64,000 nucleotides of DNA from the human T2T-CHM13v2.0 reference genome, Homo sapiens. The translations under genes and the position numbers were made by a program. Shown one piece after another: positions 11,901-23,900 of this stretch (positions within the stretch are counted from its first letter, which is position 1; each line of letters opens with the position of its first letter). The stretch lies in NCBI RefSeq assembly GCF_009914755.1, contig NC_060947.1, one strand, 5' to 3'. The notes beneath the pieces are model-generated. The model did not search any database. It was not told the origin of the DNA and saw only the letters and a list, made by a program, of their open reading frames with translations.

Positions 11901-14900
11901 CCATCATCACAAAGAATATTCTGAGAATGCTTCCGTTTGCCTTTTATATGAACTTCCTTCCTGTACTACCGTAGGCCTCAAAGCAGTCCAAATCTCCATT
12001 TGCAGATTCTACAAAAAGAGTGATTCCAATCTGCTCTATCAATAGGATTGTTCAACTCCATGAGTTGAATGCCATCCTCACAAAGTAGTTTCTGAGAATG
12101 CTTCTATCTAGTTTTTATGTGAAGATATTTCCTTTTCCACCACAGGCCTCAAAGCCCTCCAAACGTCCACTTGCAGATTCTCGAAAAAGAGTGTTTCATA
12201 GCTGCTCTTTCAAAAGGAAAGTTCAACTCTGGGAGTTGAATACAAACATCTCAAACTAGTTTCCGAGAATGCTTCTGTTTAGTTTTTATGTGAAGATGAT
12301 CCCGTTTCCAGTGAAATCTTCAAAGAGGTCCACATATCCCCTTGCAGATTCCAAAGAAAGAGGGTTTCAAAACTGCTCCATCAGAAGGATTGTTCAACTC
12401 TGTGAGTTGAATGCAGTCATCGCAGAAAACTTTCTGAGAATGCTTCTGTCTAGGTTTGATGTGAAGATATAGACGTTTCAAACGAAGGCTACAAAGTGGT
12501 CAAAATATACACTTGCAGATTCTACTACAAGGGTGTTGCAAACCTGAACTATCAAAGGAAGGTTCAACTCTGTGAGTTGAATACAAACATCACAGAGAAT
12601 GTTCTGAGTTTGCTTCCGTTCAGTTATGGGAAGTTGATCCCGTTTCCAACGAAATCCTCAGAGAGGTCCAAATATCCCCTCGCAGATTCTACAAAACGTG
12701 TGTTTGGAAACTGCTCCATCATAACGAATGTTCAGCTCCCTGAGTTAAACTCCATCGTCACAAAGAATTTTCTGAGAGTGCTACCGTCTGGTTTTTATAT
12801 GAAGTTCTTTCCTTCACTACCACAGGCCTCAAAGCGGTCCAAATCTCCACTTGCAGATTCTACAAAAAGAGTGTTTGCAAACTGCTCTATCAAAAGGAAT
12901 GTTCAACTCTGGGAGTTGAATGCAATCATCACAGAGCAGTTTCTGAGAATGCTTCTATGTCGTTTTTAGGAGAAGATATTTCCTTTTCCAACACAGTCCT
13001 CCAAGCCCGCTAAATAGCCACTTGCACATTGTAGAAAAAGTGTGTCAAAGCTGCGCTATCAAAGGGAAAGTTCAACTCTGTGAGGTGAATGCAAACATCC
13101 CAAAGAAGTTTCTGAGAATGCTTCCGTTTAGCTTTTAGGTGAAGATTATCCCGTTTCCAACGAAACCTTCAAAGAGGTCCAAATATCCCCTTGCGGATCC
13201 CACAGAAAGAGTGTTTCGAAACTGCTGTTTCAAAAGGAATCTTCAACTCTGTGAGTTGAATGCAATCATCACAAAGAAGTTTCTGACAATGCTTCTCTCT
13301 CGTCTTTCTGTGAAGATAAAGGAAAAGGCTTTCAGGCCTTTTCCACCACAGGCCTGAAAGCGCTCCAAATGTCCACTTGCAGATTCTGCCAAAAGAATAT
13401 TTCAAAACTGCTCTATGAAAAGCAATGTTAAACTCTGCGGCTCGAACACAAACATCACAAAGCGGTTTCTGAGAATGCTTCAGTTTAGTTTTTCTGTGGA
13501 AATATTCCCGTTTCCAAAGAAATCTTCAAAGAGGTCCACGTATCCACTTACAGATTCTACAAAAAGACAGTTTCAAAACTGCTCCATCAAAAGGAGGGTT
13601 CAACTGTGTGACTTGAATGCAATCATCACTCAGAAGTTTCTGAGAATGCTTCTCTTTAGTTTTTACGTGAACATATACCCGTTTCGAACGAAGGCCACCC
13701 AGTGGTCCAAATATCCACTTGCAGATTCTACAGAAAGAGTGTTTCGAACCTGAACTCTCAAAGGCAGGTTCATCTCTGCGAGTTAAATGCATTCATCATG
13801 AAGAACTTTCTCAGCGTGTTTGTGTTTAGTTATGGGAAATTATTCCCGTTTCCAACGAAATCCTCAAAGAGCTCCAAATATCCACCTGCAGATTCTACCA
13901 AAAGTGTATTTGGAAACTGCTCCATCAAAAGGCATGTTCAGCTCTGTGAGTGAAACTCCATCATCACAAAGAATATTCTGAGAATGCTTCCGTTTGCCTG
14001 TTATATGAAGTTCCTTCCTATACGACCGTAGGCCTCAAAGCAGTCCAAATCTCCATTTGCAGATTCTACAAAAAGAGTGATTCCAATCTGCTCTATCAAT
14101 AGGATTGTTCAACTCCATGAGTTGAATGCCATCTTCCAAAGTAGTTTCTGAGAATGCTTCTATCTAGTTTTTATGTGAAGATATTTCCTTTTCCACCACA
14201 GGCCTCAAAGCCCTCCAATCGTCCACTTGCAGATTCTCGAAAAAGAGTGTTTCATAGCTGCTCTTTCAAAAGGAAAGTTCAACTCTGGCAGTTGAATACA
14301 AACATCACAAAGTAGTTTCCGAGAATGCTTCTGTTTAGTTTTTATGTGAAGATGATCCCGTTTCCAGTGAAATCTTCAAAGAGGTCCACATATCCCCTTG
14401 CAGATTCCAAAGAAAGAGGGTTTCAAAACTGCTCCATCAGAAGGATTGTTCAACTCTGTGAGTTGAATGCAGTCATCGCAGAAAACTTTCTGAGAATGCT
14501 TCTGTCTAGGTTTGATGTGAAGATATAGACGTTTCAAACGAAGGCTACAAAGTGGTCAAAATATACACTTGCAGATTCTACTACAAGGGTGTTGCAAACC
14601 TGAACTATCAAAGGAAGGTTCAACTCTGTGAGTTGAATACAAACATCACAAAGAATGTTCTGAGTTTGCTTCCGTTCAGTTATGGGAAGTTGATCCCGTT
14701 TCCAACGAAATCCTCAGAGAGGTCCAAATATCCCCTCGCAGATTCTACAAAACATGTGTTTGGAAACTGCTCCATCATAACGAATGTTCAGCTCCCTGAG
14801 TTAAACTCCATCGTCACAAAGAATTTTCTGAGAGTGCTCCCGTCTGGTTTTTATATGAAGTTCTTTCCTTCACTACCACAGGCCTCAAAGCGGTCCAAAT

Positions 14901-17900
14901 CTCCACTTGCAGATTCTAGAAAAAGAGTGTTTGCAAACTGCTCTATCAAAAGGAATGTTCAACTCTGGGAGTTGAATGCAATCATCACAGAGCAGTTTCT
15001 GAGAATGCTTCTATGTCGTTTTTAGGAGAAGATATTTCCTTTTCCAACACAGTCCTCCAAGCCCGCTAAATATCCACTTGCACATTGTAGAAAAAGTGTG
15101 TCGAAGCTGCGCTATCAAAGGGAAAGTTCAACTCTGTGAGGTGAATGCAAACATCCCAAAGAAGTTTCTGAGAATGCTTCCGTTTAGCTTTTAGGTGAAG
15201 ATTATCCCGTTTCCAACGAAACCTTCAAAGAGGTCCAAATATCCCCTTGCGGATCCCACAGAAAGAGTGTTTCGAAACTGCTGTTTCAAAAGGAATCTTC
15301 AACTCTGTGAGTTGAATGCAATCATCACAAAGAAGTTTCTGACAATGCTTCTCTCTCGTCTTTCTGTGAAGATAAAGGAAAAGGCTTTCAGGCCTTTGCC
15401 ACCACAGGCCTGAAAGCGCTCCAAATGTCCACTTGCAGATTCTGCGAAAAGAATATTTCAAAACTGCTCTATGAAAAGCAATGTTAAACTCTGTGGCTCG
15501 AACACAAACATCACAAAGCGGTTTCTGAGAATGCTTCAGTTTAGTTTTTCTGTGGAAATATTCCCGTTTCCAAAGAAATCTTCAAAGAGGTCCACGTATC
15601 CACTTACAGATTCTACAAAAAGACAGTTTCAAAACTGCTCCATCAAAAGGAGGGTTCAACTGTGTGACTTGAATGCAATCATCACTCAGAAGTTTCTGAG
15701 AATGCTTCTCTTTAGTTTTTACGTGAACATATAGCCGTTTCGAACGAAGGCCAGCCAGTGGTCCAAATATCCACTTGCAGATTCTACAGAAAGAGTGTTT
15801 CGAACCTGAACTCTCAAAGGCAGGTTCATCTCTGCGAGTTAAATGCATTCATCATGAAGAACTTTCTCAGCGTGTTTGTGTTTAGTTATGGGAAATTATT
15901 CCCGTTTCCAACGAAATCCTCAGAGAGCTCCAAATATCCACCTGCAGATTCTACCAAAAGTGTATTTGGAAACTGCTCCATCAAAAGGCATGTTCAGCTC
16001 TGTGAGTGAAACTCCATCATCACAAAGAATATTCTGAGAATGCTTCCGTTTGCCTTTTATATGAAGTTCCTTCCTATACGACCGTAGGCCTCAAAGCAGT
16101 CCAAATCTCCATTTGCAGATTCTACAAAAAGAGTGATTCCAATCTGCTCTATCAATAGGATTGTTCAACTCATGAGTTGAATGCCATCCTCACAAAGTCG
16201 TTTCTGAGAATGCTTCTATCTAGTTTTTATGTGAAGATATTTCCTTTTCCACCACAGGCCTCAAAGCCCTCCAAACGTCCACTTGCAGATTCTCGAAAAA
16301 GAGTGTTTCATAGCTGCTCTTTCAAAAGGAAAGTTCAACTCTGGGAGTTGAATACAAACATCACAAAGTAGTTTCCGAGAATGCTTCTGTTTAGTTTTTA
16401 TGTGAAGATGATCCCGTTTCCAGTGAAATCTTCAAAGAGGTCCACATATCCCCTTGCAGATTCCAAAGAAAGAGGGTTTCAAAACTGCTCCATCAGAAGG
16501 ATTGTTCAACTCTGTGAGTTGAATGCAGTCATCGCAGAAAACTTTCTGAGAATGCTTCTGTCTAGGTTTGATGTGAAGATATAGACGTTTCAAACGAAGG
16601 CTACAAAGTGGTCAAAATATACACTTGCAGATTCTACTACAAGGGTGTTGCAAACCTGAACTATCAAAGGAAGGTTCAACTCTGTGAGTTGAATACAAAC
16701 ATCACAAAGAATGTTCTGAGTTTGCTTCCGTTCAGTTATGGGAAGTTGATCCCGTTTCCAACGAAATCCTCAGAGAGGTCCAAATATCCCCTCGCAGATT
16801 CTACAAAACGTGTGTTTGGAAACTGCTCCATCATAACGAATGTTCAGCTCCCTGAGTTAAACTCCATCGTCACAAAGAATTTTCTGAGAGTGCTACCGTC
16901 TGGTTTTTATATGAAGTTCTTTCCTTCACTACCACAGGCCTCAAAGCGGTCCAAATCTCCACTTGCAGATTCTACAAAAAGAGTGTTTGCAAACTGCTCT
17001 ATCAAAAGGAATGTTCAACTCTGGGAGTTGAATGCAATCATCACAGAGCAGTTTCTGAGAATGCTTCTATGTCGTTTTTAGAAGATATTTCCTTTTCCAA
17101 CACAGTCCTCCAAGCCCGCTAAATAGCCACTTGCACATTGTAGAAAAAGTGTGTCAAAGCTGCGCTATCAAAGGGAAAGTTCAACTCTGTGAGGTGAATG
17201 CAAACATCCCAAAGAAGTTTCTGAGAATGCTTCCGTTTAGCTTTTAGGTGAAGATTATCCCGTTTCCAACGAAACCTTCAAAGAGGTCCAAATATCCCCT
17301 TGCGGATCCCACAGAAAGAGTGTTTCGAAACTGCTGTTTCAAAAGGAATCTTCAACTCTGTGAGTTGAATGCAATCATCACAAAGAAGTTTCTGACAATG
17401 CTTCTCTCTCGTCTTTCTGTGAAGATAAAGGAAAAGGCTTTCAGGCCTTTGCCACCACAGGCCTGAAAGCGCTCCAAATGTCCACTTGCAGATTCTGCGA
17501 AAAGAATATTTCAAAACTGCTCTATGAAAAGCAATGTTAAACTCTGTGGCTCGAACACAAACATCACAAAGCGGTTTCTGAGAATGCTTCAGTTTAGTTT
17601 TTCTGTGGAAATATTCCCGTTTCCAAAGAAATCTTCAAAGAGGTCCACGTATCCACTTACAGATTCTACAAAAAGACAGTTTCAAAACTGCTCCATCAAA
17701 AGGAGTGTTCAACCGTGTGACTTGAATGCAATCATCACTCAGAAGTATCTGAGAATGCTTCTCTTTAGTTTTTACGTGAACATATACCCGTTTCGAACGA
17801 AGGCCACCCAGTGGTCCAAATATCCACTTGCAGATTATACAGAAAGAGTGTTTCGAACCTGAACTCTCAAAGGCAGGTTCATCTCTGCGAGTTAAATGCA

Positions 17901-20900
17901 TTCATCATGAAGAACTTTCTCAGAGTGTTTGTGTTTAGTTATGGGAAATTATTCCCGTTTCCAACGAAATCCTCAGAGAGCTCCAAATATCCACCTGCAG
18001 ATTCTACCAAAAGTGTATTTGGAAACTGCTCCATCAAAAGGCATGTTCAGCTCTGTGAGTGAAACTCCATCATCACAAAGAATATTCTGAGAATGCTTCC
18101 GTTTGCCTGTTATATGAAGTTCCTTCCTGTACTACCGTAGGCCTCAAAGCAGTCCAAATCTCCATTTGCAGATTCTATAAAAAGAGTGATTCCAATCTGC
18201 TCTATCAATAGGATTGTTCAACTCCATGAGTTGAATGCCATCCTCACAAAGTAGTTTCTGAGAATGCTTCTATCTGGTTTTTGTGTGAAGATATTTCCTT
18301 TTCCACCACAGGCCTCAAAGCCCTCCAAACGTCCACTTGCAGATTCTCGAAAAAGAGTGTTTCATAGCTGCTCTTTCAAAAGGAAAGTTCAACTCTGGGA
18401 GTTGAATACAAACATCACAAAGTAGTTTCCGAGAATGCTTCTGTTTAGTTTTTATGTGAAGATGATCGATCCCGTTTCCAGTGAAATCTTCAAAGAGGTC
18501 CACATATCCCCTTGCAGATTCCAAAGAAAGAGGGTTTCAAAACTGCTCCATCAGAAGGATTGTTCAACTCTGTGAGTTGAATGCAGTCATCGCAGAAAAC
18601 TTTCTGAGAATGCTTCTGTCTAGGTTTGATGTGAAGATATAGACGTTTCAAACGAAGGCTACAAAGTGGTCAAAATATACACTTGCAGATTCTACTACAA
18701 GGGTGTTGCAAACCTGAACTATCAAAGGAAGGTTCAACTCTGTGAGTTGAATACAAACATCACAAAGAATGTTCTGAGTTTGCTTCCGTTCAGTTATGGG
18801 AAGTTGATCCCGTTTCCAACGAAATCCTCAGAGAGGTCCAAATATCCCCTCGCAGATTCTACAATACGTGTGTTTGGAAACTGCTCCATCATAACGAATG
18901 TTCAGCTCCCTGAGTTAAACTCCATCGTCACAAAGAATTTTCTGAGAGTGCTACCGTCTGGTTTTTATATGAAGTTCTTTCCTTCACTACCACAGGCCTC
19001 AAAGCGGTCCAAATCTCCACTTGCAGATTCTACAAAAAGAGTGTTTGCAAACTGCTCTATCAAAAGGAATGTTCAACTCTGGGAGTTGAATGCAATCATC
19101 ACAGAGCAGTTTCTGAGAATGCTTCTATGTCGTTTTTAGAAGATATTTCCTTTTCCAACACAGTCCTCCAAGCCCGCTAAATAGCCACTTGCACATTGTA
19201 GAAAAAGTGTGTCAAAGCTGCGCTATCAAAGGGAAAGTTCAACTCTGTGAGGTGAATGCAAACATCCCAAAGAAGTTTCTGAGAATGCTTCCATTTAGCT
19301 TTTAGGTGAAGATTATCCCGTTTCCAACGAAACCTTCAAAGAGGTCCAAATATCCCCTTGCGGATCCCACAGAAAGAGTGTTTCGAAACTGCTGTTTCAA
19401 AAGGAATCTTCAACTCTGTGAGTTGAATGCAATCATCACAAAGAAGTTTCTGACAATGCTTCTCTCTCGTCTTTCTGTGAAGATAAAGGAAAAGGCTTTC
19501 AGGCCTTTTCCACCACAGGCCTGAAAGCGCTCCAAATGTCCACTTGCAGATTCTGCCAAAAGAATATTTCAAAACTGCTCTATGAAAAGCAATGTTAAAC
19601 TCTGCGGCTCGAACACAAACATCACAAAGCGGTTTCTGAGAATGCTTCAGTTTAGTTTTTCTGTGGAAATATTCCCGTTTCCAAAGAAATCTTCAAAGAG
19701 GTCCACGTATCCACTTACAGATTCTACAAAAAGACAGTTTCAAAACTGCTCCATCAAAAGGAGGGTTCAACCGTGTGACTTGAATGCAATCATCACTCAG
19801 AAGTTTCTGAGAATGCTTCTCTTTAGTTTTTACGTGAACATATACCCGTTTCGAACGAAGGCCACCCAGTGGTCCAAATATCCACTTGCAGATTCTACAG
19901 AAAGAGTGTTTCGAACCTGAACTCTCAAAGGCAGGTTCATCTCTGCGAGTTAAATGCATTCATCATGAAGAACTTTCTCAGAGTGTTTGTGTTTAGTTAT
20001 GGGAAATTATTCCCGTTTCCAACGAAATCCTCAGAGAGCTCCAAATATCCACCTGCAGATTCTACCAAAAGTGTATTTGGAAACTGCTCCATCAAAAGGC
20101 ATGTTCAGCTCTGTGAGTGAAACTCCATCATCACAAAGAATATTCTGAGAATGCTTCCGTTTGCCTTTTATATGAAGTTCCTTCCTGTACTACCGTAGGC
20201 CTCAAAGCAGTCCAAATCTCCATTTGCAGATTCTATAAAAAGAGTGATTCCAATCTGCTCTATCAATAGGATTGTTCAACTCCATGAGTTGAATGCCATC
20301 CTCACAAAGTAGTTTCTGAGAATGCTTCTATCTGGTTTTTGTGTGAAGATATTTCCTTTTCCACCACAGGCCTCAAAGCCCTCCAAACGTCCACTTGCAG
20401 ATTCTCGAAAAAGAGTGTTTCATAGCTGCTCTTTCAAAAGGAAAGTTCAACTCTGGGAGTTGAATACAAACATCACAAAGTAGTTTCCGAGAATGCTTCT
20501 GTTTAGTTTTTATGTGAAGATGATCGATCCCGTTTCCAGTGAAATCTTCAAAGAGGTCCACATATCCCCTTGCAGATTCCAAAGAAAGAGGGTTTCAAAA
20601 CTGCTCCATCAGAAGGATTGTTCAACTCTGTGAGTTGAATGCAGTCATCGCAGAAAACTTTCTGAGAATGCTTCTGTCTAGGTTTGATGTGAAGATATAG
20701 ACGTTTCAAACGAAGGCTACAAAGTGGTCAAAATATACACTTGCAGATTCTACTACAAGGGTGTTGCAAACCTGAACTATCAAAGGAAGGTTCAACTCTG
20801 TGAGTTGAATACAAACATCACAAAGAATGTTCTGAGTTTGCTTCCGTTCAGTTATGGGAAGTTGATCCCGTTTCCAACGAAATCCTCAGAGAGGTCCAAA

Positions 20901-23900
20901 TATCCCCTCGCAGATTCTACAAAACGTGTGTTTGGAAACTGCTCCATCATAACGAATGTTCAGCTCCCTGAGTTAAACTCCATCGTCACAAAGAATTTTC
21001 TGAGAGTGCTACCGTCTGGTTTTTATATGAAGTTCTTTCCTTCACTACCACAGGCCTCAAAGCGGTCCAAATCTCCACTTGCAGATTCTAGAAAAAGAGT
21101 GTTTGCAAACTGCTCTATCAAAAGGAATGTTCAACTCTGGGAGTTGAATGCAATCATCACAGAGCAGTTTCTGAGAATGCTTCTATGTCGTTTTTAGGAG
21201 AAGATATTTCCTTTTCCAACACAGTCCTCCAAGCCCGCTAAATAGCCACTTGCACATTGTAGAAAAAGTGTGTCGAAGCTGCGCTATCAAAGGGAAAGTT
21301 CAACTCTGTGAGGTGAATGCAAACATCCCAAAGAAGTTTCTGAGAATGCTTCCGTTTAGCTTTTAGGTGAAGATTATCCCGTTTCCAACGAAACCTTCAA
21401 AGAGGTCCAAATATCCCCTTGCGGATCCCACAGAAAGAGTGTTTCGAAACTGCTGTTTCAAAAGGAATCTTCAACTCTGTGAGTTGAATGCAATCATCAC
21501 AAAGAAGTTTCTGACAATGCTTCTCTCTCGTCTTTCTGTGAAGATAAAGGAAAAGGCTTTCAGGCCTTTTCCACCACAGGCCTGAAAGCGCTCCAAATGT
21601 CCACTTGCAGATTCTGCGAAAAGAATATTTCAAAACTGCTCTATGAAAAGCAATGTTAAACTCTGCGGCTCGAACACAAACATCACAAAGCGGTTTCTGA
21701 GAATGCTTCAGTTTAGTTTTTCTGTGGAAATATTCCCGTTTCCAAAGAAATCTTCAAAGAGGTCCACGTATCCACTTACAGATTCTACAAAAAGACAGTT
21801 TCAAAACTGCTCCATCAAAAGGAGGGTTCAACCGTGTGACTTGAATGCAATCATCACTCAGAAGTTTCTGAGAATGCTTCTCTTTAGTTTTTACGTGAAC
21901 ATATACCCGTTTCGAACGAAGGCCACCCAGTGGTCCAAATATCCACTTGCAGATTCTACAGAAAGAGTGTTTCGAACCTGAACTCTCAAAGGCAGGTTCA
22001 TCTCTGCGAGTTAAATGCATTCATCATGAAGAACTTTCTCAGAGTGTTTGTGTTTAGTTATGGGAAATTATTCCCGTTTCCAACGAAATCCTCAGAGAGC
22101 TCCAAATATCCACCTGCAGATTCTACCAAAAGTGTATTTGGAAACTGCTCCATCAAAAGGCATGTTCAGCTCTGTGAGTGAAACTCCATCATCACAAAGA
22201 ATATTCTGAGAATGCTTCCGTTTGCCTTTTATATGAAGTTCCTTCCTGTACTACCGTAGGCCTCAAAGCAGTCCAAATCTCCATTTGCAGATTCTATAAA
22301 AAGAGTGATTCCAATCTGCTCTATCAATAGGATTGTTCAACTCCATGAGTTGAATGCCATCCTCACAAAGTAGTTTCTGAGAATGCTTCTATCTGGTTTT
22401 TGTGTGAAGATATTTCCTTTTCCACCACAGGCCTCAAAGCCCTCCAAACGTCCACTTGCAGATTCTCGAAAAAGAGTGTTTCATAGCTGCTCTTTCAAAA
22501 GGAAAGTTCAACTCTGGGAGTTGAATACAAACATCACAAAGTAGTTTCCGAGAATGCTTCTGTTTAGTTTTTATGTGAAGATGATCGATCCCGTTTCCAG
22601 TGAAATCTTCAAAGAGGTCCACATATCCCCTTGCAGATTCCAAAGAAAGAGGGTTTCAAAACTGCTCCATCAGAAGGATTGTTCAACTCTGTGAGTTGAA
22701 TGCAGTCATCGCAGAAAACTTTCTGAGAATGCTTCTGTCTAGGTTTGATGTGAAGATATAGACGTTTCAAACGAAGGCTACAAAGTGGTCAAAATATACA
22801 CTTGCAGATTCTACTACAAGGGTGTTGCAAACCTGAACTATCAAAGGAAGGTTCAACTCTGTGAGTTGAATACAAACATCACAAAGAATGTTCTGAGTTT
22901 GCTTCCGTTCAGTTATGGGAAGTTGATCCCGTTTCCAACGAAATCCTCAGAGAGGTCCAAATATCCCCTCGCAGATTCTACAAAACGTGTGTTTGGAAAC
23001 TGCTCCATCATAACGAATGTTCAGCTCCCTGAGTTAAACTCCATCGTCACAAAGAATTTTCTGAGAGTGCTACCGTCTGGTTTTTATATGAAGTTCTTTC
23101 CTTCACTACCACAGGCCTCAAAGCGGTCCAAATCTCCACTTGCAGATTCTAGAAAAAGAGTGTTTGCAAACTGCTCTATCAAAAGGAATGTTCAACTCTG
23201 GGAGTTGAATGCAATCATCACAGAGCAGTTTCTGAGAATGCTTCTATGTCGTTTTTAGGAGAAGATATTTCCTTTTCCAACACAGTCCTCCAAGCCCGCT
23301 AAATAGCCACTTGCACATTGTAGAAAAAGTGTGTCGAAGCTGCGCTATCAAAGGGAAAGTTCAACTCTGTGAGGTGAATGCAAACATCCCAAAGAAGTTT
23401 CTGAGAATGCTTCCGTTTAGCTTTTAGGTGAAGATTATCCCGTTTCCAACGAAACCTTCAAAGAGGTCCAAATATCCCCTTGCGGATCCCACAGAAAGAG
23501 TGTTTCGAAACTGCTGTTTCAAAAGGAATCTTCAACTCTGTGAGTTGAATGCAATCATCACAAAGAAGTTTCTGACAATGCTTCTCTCTCGTCTTTCTGT
23601 GAAGATAAAGGAAAAGGCTTTCAGGCCTTTTCCACCACAGGCCTGAAAGCGCTCCAAATGTCCACTTGCAGATTCTGCCAAAAGAATATTTCAAAACTGC
23701 TCTATGAAAAGCAATGTTAAACTCTGCGGCTCGAACACAAACATCACAAAGCGGTTTCTGAGAATGCTTCAGTTTAGTTTTTCTGTGGAAATATTCCCGT
23801 TTCCAAAGAAATCTTCAAAGAGGTCCACGTATCCACTTACAGATTCTACAAAAAGACAGTTTCAAAACTGCTCCATCAAAAGGAGGGTTCAACCGTGTGA

